Below are positions 57,540-64,000 of a stretch of DNA of 64,000 bases, piece after piece (position 1 is the first letter of the stretch; every line of letters starts with the position of its first letter). The notes beneath the pieces were generated by a model, which ran no database searches, was not told the DNA's origin, and saw nothing but the letters and a program-made list of their open reading frames with translations. This DNA comes from Planctomycetota bacterium (GTDB lineage Bacteria; Planctomycetota; MHYJ01; WSZJ01): contig JBBTCT010000024.1 of NCBI GenBank assembly GCA_038060895.1, positions 32,001 through 96,000 of the forward strand. Direction: 5' to 3'. The position numbers were made by a program, and so were the translations under genes.

Positions 57540-58898
57540 CTACTTCCCCGTGCTGGTCGTCCCGCCATTGGGATCCACCGGCGGCAGATCAAATAACGCC
57601 GCCTTCGCCGTAAACACCATGTTGTAGTCGTTCCTCTGCACCGCGCTCTCCAGCGCGACCTCGAACGACGGCGCCATCATCCCGTTGAACTTCTCCGTCC
57701 CGTTGATCTTGATGATCACCGGCTTCTTGAAATCCACCAGCTGCTCGTTCAGCCACACCGTGACCTTCGGGTTGAATTTCGTGAACTTCACGTCCACCAC
57801 GTTGTCCTTGATCTCTCCTTCAATCCGGCACCGCTCGCCGGCCGTCCCGGGAATCTCCTCGATGCTCAGCCAGTAGCTGTAAGGCCGGTACTTGCGCGTC
57901 GGCATCCAGATCAGCTGCCTCGGGTACGCATTCCTCGTCTTCGCCAGCATCCATTCGACGATCGGACCCAGGCTGTCCGGCGGATAGCCGTGCCCGATCC
58001 CCTGGTACTCGTGGTACTCGTACGTGTACCCCCACTCCTTGAACTTCGCGTCCGCGTACCGGCTCCCGTGCACCGGGACCTGCGGGTCGTCGGGGCAGTT
58101 ATAGAAGCGCACCCAGGTGTTCTTGAAGTTCTCGAGGCAGCCTGGCTCGTGGTACAGCACGCGCCCGTTTTCGTACCGCACGATCGGCGCCGAAGCGCAC
58201 GGCCCGACCGCCGCGAACAGGTCCGGGTGGTGTCCGCCCATCCCCCACGAGCCATACCCGCCCATCGAGTGCCCCGCGACGTAAATGCGGTTCGTGTCGA
58301 TAGGGTACGTGGCCTTCATCTCGTCGATGAGCATGTGCAGCCATTCCTGCTCGTTGTCCTTGTTCCATTCGCCTTCCGTCAGCGGCTCCAGCACCCACGG
58401 CGCGACCTGGATGCACTTCGAATTCGCCCCCGCCCACTGCCCCGCCGCGCCTCCCGCGTCCGCCGAGTTCTTGCCGCCTCCGTGCAGCGCGATGAACAGC
58501 GGCACCGGCCGGCCCTGCTTGGCTTTCCCTTCGCCGGCGACCAGGTAGTGGCCCTTGTGGTCCTTCTTCCACTGGTCGTCCGTGAAGAGCCGTTCGGGGA
58601 GCACCGTGTAGTTGTTGCTCTTCCCCTCGGACTTCTTCCCGTTCTGCATGATGACGTTGAACACGGTCGGGAGCTGTTTGGCGATCTGGTCGCCGGAAAT
58701 CTCCAGCGCCTTGATTTCGGTCATGATCGCCGCCCGGTCCTTCGCCTCGGCCTTCACATACTTCTGCAGCAGCTCGGCGAAGGCCTTCTTTTCCTTGGGG
58801 CCCCACGGCTTCTTGGCGGGCGGCGGATCGCCGGCAAGGACGGTGGCAAACAGCGCCGCGAAGGCACAGAGCGGGAAGACGAATCGAAGGGCTTTCAC
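57540..58898 (-). CDS. Secreted alpha/beta hydrolase (esterase/peptidase)
   Basis: GTG start with signal peptide; LHGGG, IDTNRIYVAGHSMGG, DPQVP, GIGH triad. Confidence 0.85.
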   Translation of the reverse strand: MKALRFVFPLCAFAALFATVLAGDPPPAKKPWGPKEKKAFAELLQKYVKAEAKDRAAIMTEIKALEISGDQIAKQLPTVFNVIMQNGKKSEGKSNNYTVLPERLFTDDQWKKDHKGHYLVAGEGKAKQGRPVPLFIALHGGGKNSADAGGAAGQWAGANSKCIQVAPWVLEPLTEGEWNKDNEQEWLHMLIDEMKATYPIDTNRIYVAGHSMGGYGSWGMGGHHPDLFAAVGPCASAPIVRYENGRVLYHEPGCLENFKNTWVRFYNCPDDPQVPVHGSRYADAKFKEWGYTYEYHEYQGIGHGYPPDSLGPIVEWMLAKTRNAYPRQLIWMPTRKYRPYSYWLSIEEIPGTAGERCRIEGEIKDNVVDVKFTKFNPKVTVWLNEQLVDFKKPVIIKINGTEKFNGMMAPSFEVALESAVQRNDYNMVFTAKAALFDLPPVDPNGGTTSTGK

Positions 58899-58983
58899 GG
58901 GTCGCGCCTCCGGTCGAATGCGAGGGAAGAACGAGGATACCAAGCGAGGATCGTGGGCTGGCTGAAATTCCGGGGCCGCGCCC

Positions 58984-61900
58984 TCAGTGCAAATACGGCC
59001 CGAAAGCCACTTTCCTTCCCGCCGCCCCTTCGCTCGCCGCCAGCCGATCTCCCTCCAGCGCAGCCTTCTTTGCGCCTGCGCCGTCTCCCGAGGCCGCCTT
59101 GACTTCCGCTTCGGCAAGGAGGAACTCGAGCGTGAGGCGAAGCGCCATCTGGGCCGGCTTCGCGGCCCGGGCCTGTTCGAGCAGCGCAGGAGCGTCGGAG
59201 GCCCGCGCTTTCGCTGCAACGCGCGCTCGGACGGTGAGCGCGCGGAACCGGGCTGAGGCGGACTTCGAAGCGGCGAGGGCGCGTGCGCCCTCCGTGTCGA
59301 GGCGGATGGAGGCGAGCGCCGCGGCGATGTCGTCGTCCGCGGCGGCGAGCGGTGCGAGCAGGGCGATCGCTTCGTCGAGTCGCCCCTCGAACGCCAGCGT
59401 TTCACCCAGCAGCTGCCGGCGGAGCCCGCCGGTGCCGGCCATCTTGATCTCGATCTGTATGGCGATCGATTCCTCCGCGGCCGCGCGCGCCAGCGCCGCT
59501 TCGCCGCGATCCAGCCGCGCCTCCGCGAGCCTCTCGAGAATGACCGAGACGCCGAGGCGGTCGCCGGTCGCGCGGCGGAGCTCGAGGGCGCGCTCGAGCA
59601 CGTCGCAGGCCTGCCGCGCCTGGCCGAGCTTGCAGCGGAACATCCCTTCGTTGCTGAGGAGCATGGCTTCGCCCCACTTGTCGGCGATGTCGCGGCGGAT
59701 CGCGAGCGCTTCTTCCGTCGTCGCGAACGCCTTGTCGGGGTGGCCGTCCTGGAACTCGACCGATGCCATGTTCGTGAGCACCATCGCGATGCGCCAGCGG
59801 TCCCCGGCTTCGCGGAAAACTTCGAGCGCCGCTTCGTACTCGACGCGCGCCTCGGGGAGCCTGTTCTGGTGCATGAAAAGAATGCCGAGCCCGTTGCGGA
59901 CGTTTGCAGCGCCGTGGACGTCTTCGGCTTCGGCGTAGAGGGCCTGCGCCCGCCTGTACGCCTCAGCCGCGAAAGTCGTTTCGGATTTCCGGTCGCGCAC
60001 GCGCGCCTCGGTGCTGATCGCGTTGGCCAGGTCGATCTTCGCCGCGCGGCCGCCGCCCGCGTCGGCCTGGGCCTGGGCCCGTTTCTGCAGCTCGGCCGCG
60101 TCCCGGAGGCATTCGTCGAAGCGCGACAGGCGGTAGAACAGGTGGCTGCGGTCCCGAAGGACATGCGTGTGAAGAAACGCGGCCTTCGGGTCGGCGAGGA
60201 TCGCTTCGTCGATCTCGAGCGCGCGCGCGAATTCGCCGCGCCGCTCGTGGATCGCGCCGATCTGGCGGCGGACGCGGAAGCGCAGGACTTCGGTGAGGTT
60301 GGTGGATTCGAGAAGCGACTCCGCTTCCGCGAGAGCCTGTTCGCCGAGACCGAGGATGTTGAGCGCCTTGATGGCGCTGAGCGCGGCCTCGGGCGAGCCG
60401 TCGATGCGCTGCGCCTCGCGCGCGGAGGCGAGGGCCTCCTCGTAGGCGGAGAATTCCAGCGCTTCCTCGGCGGCGCGCGCCCAGTGTTTCGAAGCGGCCT
60501 CGAGCCTCAGGGCCGCTTCGCAGTGGCCCGCAAGGAGGATGAGCACGCGGCGGCCGAGGTGGGGGATGAGGGGCTCGAGGATTTCGGCGGCGCGTCCGTG
60601 GAGGCGCTGGCGTTCTTTCTTGGTGAGGAGCGAGTACGCGGCGTCGCGCAGGGGGCTCTGGCGGAAGTGGAATTCCTCGTCGAGGGGGAGGAAGGACGAG
60701 CCGGCTCGCTCGACGAGCATGCGGCGGCCGGCCTGTTCGAGGGCGGGGCCGACGTCGTGGCCGGCGAGCGTGCCGGTGGCGGCCGACCAGAAGGCGCGGC
60801 CGAAGATGCTTCCGCATTTCAGCGCTTCGCGCGCGTCCGCGGAAACCGCGTCGATGCGCGAGACGAGCAGCCCGCGCAGCCCGTCGGGGAGCCGGTCGGG
60901 GCGCGTTGCAAAGCGTGCCGGGTTTCCCTCCAGGAATCCCTCCTGCCGGAGGAATCGAACGAGCTCCTCCATGTACAGCGGGTTCCCCGCCGACTGGTCG
61001 ACCAGGAACGACGACAGCTCCGGGTCGAGGTCGCGCTGCAGCAACTCGCGAGCGAGCTGCGCTGCTTCCGCCGCCGGCAGTTCCACCAGTTTCACGCGCT
61101 CGAATCCTCCCGGGATCCGCGTGGCGGGCCGCGACGTCGCGAGGATCACCACGCGCTCGTCGCGCAGCTTCGCCGCGAGATGGTCGAGCAGCGCGAACGT
61201 CGCCGGGTCCGCCCAGTGCAGGTCCTCGAGGCACAGCAGCACCGGCGCGCGCCGCGCCAGCCCGCGGATCCATCGCTCCCACGCCTCCAGCGTCTCCGTC
61301 CGCGCGCGGGTCGCGTCGCCGGGAGCCGGCCCCGTCCCCGCCGCCTGCCCCATCGACCGCGTCATCAGGTGCGCGAAATTTGAACGCTCTGCCGCTCCCG
61401 AAACCGTCAGCGCGAGGACTTCCGACACGAAGGCCCTCGTCGAAGCCGCCTCCGCCGCCGCGTCGCCCCCCGGCGACTGCGACGCCGCCCGGCACGCGCT
61501 CCGCACGATCTCCGCGAACGGCCCGAGCGGAAGCGGGGAGCCTTCCTGCGCGTGGCCCAGCCCGATCCACGTCTCCGGGTTCACGCGGCGCGCGTGGTCG
61601 CGCGCCTCCCCGGTCAGTCGCGTCTTGCCGACGCCAGAGTCCCCCTCGAGCAGCAGGAACGCGCTCTTCGCCCCCGTGACCGCGTCCTTGATCCGCTGGA
61701 GTTCCGTCACGCGCCCGATGAGCCGCGCGGGGCCGACGTCGCCGGTCGAAGGGACGATGGTGCCGGTCTCCCGGATCGCCTCGGAGACGCCGACGGAATC
61801 CTGACGCCCGCGCAGGTGCATCTCCCTCTCGGGGCCGAATTCGACGCGGTAGTTCGTGGCGCGGGCGACCGCCCGGGAAGCGAGGACCTCCCCAGGCTGC

Positions 61901-62319
61901 GCTTCCGACTGCAGCCGTTGCGCGACGTTGACGGCGTCGCCCATGGCCGTCGGCCGGTCTCCGCCCACGGTCCCCCAGAGCACCTCGCCCGTGTTGACAC
62001 CGACCCGGATCTTCAGGTCGAGCGATCGCTGCGCGTTGAAAAGCTCCAGCTCGCGCTTCATGGAGAGAGCCGCCCGCACCGCCCGAAGCGGATCATCCTC
62101 GTGCGCGGTCGGCGCGCCGAAAACTCCCATCACGGTGTCGCCGACGAACTTGTCCACCGTCCCGCCGCGAGCCTCGATCACGCGCCGGAATCGCGTGAAC
62201 ACGGCGTCCACGACCTCGGCCGCGGATTCGGCGGCGTCCTCAGGGTCCGGCGAGGAGACGTCGCCGATGCCGACGATGCCTGTGAAAAGGACGGTGACGA
62301 CGCGGCGTTCTTCGGCCAT
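58984..62319 (-). CDS. Class III nucleotide cyclase-like domain, STAND-type NTPase and TPR repeats
   Basis: KFVGD, FGAP.AHEDD, GDAVNVAQRL; Walker A GDSGVGKT, Walker B LEDLHWAD; C-terminal TPRs. Confidence 0.9.
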   Translation of the reverse strand: MAEERRVVTVLFTGIVGIGDVSSPDPEDAAESAAEVVDAVFTRFRRVIEARGGTVDKFVGDTVMGVFGAPTAHEDDPLRAVRAALSMKRELELFNAQRSLDLKIRVGVNTGEVLWGTVGGDRPTAMGDAVNVAQRLQSEAQPGEVLASRAVARATNYRVEFGPEREMHLRGRQDSVGVSEAIRETGTIVPSTGDVGPARLIGRVTELQRIKDAVTGAKSAFLLLEGDSGVGKTRLTGEARDHARRVNPETWIGLGHAQEGSPLPLGPFAEIVRSACRAASQSPGGDAAAEAASTRAFVSEVLALTVSGAAERSNFAHLMTRSMGQAAGTGPAPGDATRARTETLEAWERWIRGLARRAPVLLCLEDLHWADPATFALLDHLAAKLRDERVVILATSRPATRIPGGFERVKLVELPAAEAAQLARELLQRDLDPELSSFLVDQSAGNPLYMEELVRFLRQEGFLEGNPARFATRPDRLPDGLRGLLVSRIDAVSADAREALKCGSIFGRAFWSAATGTLAGHDVGPALEQAGRRMLVERAGSSFLPLDEEFHFRQSPLRDAAYSLLTKKERQRLHGRAAEILEPLIPHLGRRVLILLAGHCEAALRLEAASKHWARAAEEALEFSAYEEALASAREAQRIDGSPEAALSAIKALNILGLGEQALAEAESLLESTNLTEVLRFRVRRQIGAIHERRGEFARALEIDEAILADPKAAFLHTHVLRDRSHLFYRLSRFDECLRDAAELQKRAQAQADAGGGRAAKIDLANAISTEARVRDRKSETTFAAEAYRRAQALYAEAEDVHGAANVRNGLGILFMHQNRLPEARVEYEAALEVFREAGDRWRIAMVLTNMASVEFQDGHPDKAFATTEEALAIRRDIADKWGEAMLLSNEGMFRCKLGQARQACDVLERALELRRATGDRLGVSVILERLAEARLDRGEAALARAAAEESIAIQIEIKMAGTGGLRRQLLGETLAFEGRLDEAIALLAPLAAADDDIAAALASIRLDTEGARALAASKSASARFRALTVRARVAAKARASDAPALLEQARAAKPAQMALRLTLEFLLAEAEVKAASGDGAGAKKAALEGDRLAASEGAAGRKVAFGPYLH

Positions 62320-62434
62320 AGAGGCGGGAGAGCATAGACGCACGATCGGCAAAGGACAAAGGGGAAGCGGAGATCGGCGGCGACTTTCGGCAAATCTCAA
62401 ATCCGGTGTCGGCCCGTCTTTTTCAAAATCCCTT

Positions 62435-62612
62435 TGGCTGTATCTGCGCTTATCTGCGCGGATCTCGTTTTATCTGCGCAAATGTCGTTTTCGAGTTCAA
62501 GCGCGCTCTATGACCGAGGGCGAGCACGTCGGCGGAAGCCGGGCTCATGAGCAATCCGAAATGCGTCGCGCAGATAGAAATCGATCCGCGCTGAAACGCG
62601 CAGATACAGCCA
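62435..62612. repeat. Intergenic palindromic element with TATCTGCG units
   Basis: 15-bp perfect termini TGGCTGTATCTGCGC/GCGCAGATACAGCCA; related to 19044-19218. Confidence 0.82.
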
Positions 62613-62616
62613 GATC

Positions 62617-64000
62617 TCAGCGAGCCTCAATCGCCGCGCCCCCGTCAGCCGTTCGCGTGACGACAAACGGCCGGCCCGCGCCCTTCTCCCGCTTCACGCG
62701 GTAAAGCCGTCCCTCCTCGGCCTTGAATCCGATCTCGTACTCGCTGACGGACTTCGACGCGACTTCCTTCCACCCGTCCACGGTCCACGATTCGATACCG
62801 CGAACCGGATTCGCCAGCGCAGCCGACGCGGGCGGCTTCTCCTGAATCAGTGCCTCCAGCGCGCCTTCGCCAGGCGGGCCGTCCTGAAGCGGGCTCATCG
62901 TCCCGTTTTTCGCGAGCGCGAAGACGCGGTCCTTCTCGCCCGGCAGGCGCACGGCCAGCGCGAAGTCGCGCGGGCAGCCGACCTTTTCGAAGACCGCCTT
63001 GCCGTTCTTGACCGGAACGCGCGCCACGCGCCGCCACTCCTCCATGTTCCACACGCGCAATTCCGCCTCGCCGTCTTTCGTCCCTTCGAACGTCAGCGTC
63101 GTCACCGGCACGTACTTGTCCGTCACGTCCTCCAGCGCGTCCCACGTTTTCACGAAGAGCTTCACCGCCGTGCGTCCCTCGCCGCACTCCACCCCGAACG
63201 CAGGGATCCAGGTCCACGCATGGTTCCCGTCCCCTGCCGCCCAGAACGGCGTGAACGCCTGGCAGCCGGGAATCGCGACCGTGCGCAGAAAAGCGGTCTC
63301 CATGTTCGAGCAGTCCTCGCAACGCCCCTCATGCGTCGCCAGACCCGTCAGCGTCCCGAAGTCCTCCCAGGTGGTGTCGCCCTCGTACTGGTAGAAGTCG
63401 TTGCTCGCCTCGAGCGCGAGCTTGATCGCCTTGTCGAGGTCCTTGCGCGGCAGCCAGCGGACTTCCGGGAAGATCGCTTCGTAGAAAAGGCGGCGCCATC
63501 GCTGAAGCGGTTCACCGGTGCCGCGCGGCGAGAGGACAAAATTGAGGAAGTCGTGGTCGCTCAGCTCGGCGCCCCAGGGGAATTCGTTCTTCGCTTTCAC
63601 GGCGTAGAACACGTTTTCGTAGAACGCGCGCGCCTCGACGACCTTCAGGTCGCAGATCGACGTCTCCGGGTCCATCCCCGACTCGTCCGGCTTGAAGCGC
63701 AGGAAAGACATCTTGTCCATCCGCGAGATCACCCAGACCGCCGCGCGACAGAGCGCCGGCGCCGGGTCGGAGTCGGCGAGGGCCTGAAGCGCCCGCGCCA
63801 GTTCGGCCGACTGCGTCCCCGGCGCTTCCATGTTCTGGATCGCGCGCTGAAGCGTCTCGGCGTCGAGGGCCGGCGACGCCATCCTCGTCGCGCGGGCGAG
63901 CGCCTCGCCGGGTTTCGCCTCCTTCCCCATCCACGCCGCCAACTCCTTCGCCGGCGCCGCGAGAAATCCCTTCCCGAGATAGAGCCGTTTCAGGATCCGC
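62617..64000 (-). CDS. Transglutaminase-like domain protein (5' end lies outside the window)
   Basis: GRCEDCS and GNHAWTW motifs, FLNFVLSPR…EPL..WR; the frame stays open to the window edge. Confidence 0.75.
   Translation of the reverse strand, partial: RILKRLYLGKGFLAAPAKELAAWMGKEAKPGEALARATRMASPALDAETLQRAIQNMEAPGTQSAELARALQALADSDPAPALCRAAVWVISRMDKMSFLRFKPDESGMDPETSICDLKVVEARAFYENVFYAVKAKNEFPWGAELSDHDFLNFVLSPRGTGEPLQRWRRLFYEAIFPEVRWLPRKDLDKAIKLALEASNDFYQYEGDTTWEDFGTLTGLATHEGRCEDCSNMETAFLRTVAIPGCQAFTPFWAAGDGNHAWTWIPAFGVECGEGRTAVKLFVKTWDALEDVTDKYVPVTTLTFEGTKDGEAELRVWNMEEWRRVARVPVKNGKAVFEKVGCPRDFALAVRLPGEKDRVFALAKNGTMSPLQDGPPGEGALEALIQEKPPASAALANPVRGIESWTVDGWKEVASKSVSEYEIGFKAEEGRLYRVKREKGAGRPFVVTRTADGGAAIEAR

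Noticed and set aside
57540-60164. 874-aa ORF suggesting a large fusion hydrolase
   Set aside because: The first 422 codons are mostly an off-frame overlap with the cyclase-TPR gene; the real gene starts at GTG 58898 with a signal peptide
953-62337. Many long ORFs antisense or frame-shifted to real genes (for example 953-2659, 7041-9395, 23720-25930, 59740-61383)
   Set aside because: Shadow ORFs expected at high GC; Arg/Pro-rich or antisense-type composition, no motifs, and they overlap well-supported genes

Overview
High-GC bacterial chromosomal window (roughly two-thirds G+C by eye). The gene style (many secreted HEAT, EF-hand and squalene-cyclase-repeat proteins, a DUF1549/1553-DUF1501-like pair, FHA and Ser/Thr kinase proteins) suggests Planctomycetota; this is an inference. 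Most genes lie on the minus strand. Housekeeping genes include thyX, a deoxyhypusine/homospermidine synthase, ltaE, uppP, a cold-shock protein, ilvE, rluE and fbp. The main points of interest are: (1) a thioredoxin-HEAT selenoprotein candidate missed by the ORF track (in-frame TGA in a U-P-H-C motif, with a SECIS-like hairpin); (2) an 11 kb cluster encoding an FHA-TM-DUF1549/1553-like protein, a Tat-exported DUF1501-like metalloenzyme, a decaheme cytochrome/beta-propeller fusion, a 9-EF-hand protein and a gluzincin; (3) a Rieske/cytochrome b operon with an octaheme HAO-like protein as third subunit; (4) about 15 intergenic palindromic elements, most built from 6-9 nt tandem units, two sharing a conserved core with exchanged arms; (5) a terminator-containing leader upstream of the cold-shock gene; (6) a lower-GC islet with an ECF sigma factor and a Gly-rich secreted protein. 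No rRNA, tRNA, CRISPR array, transposase or integrase was recognised. All family assignments are from motifs read by eye, not database searches.
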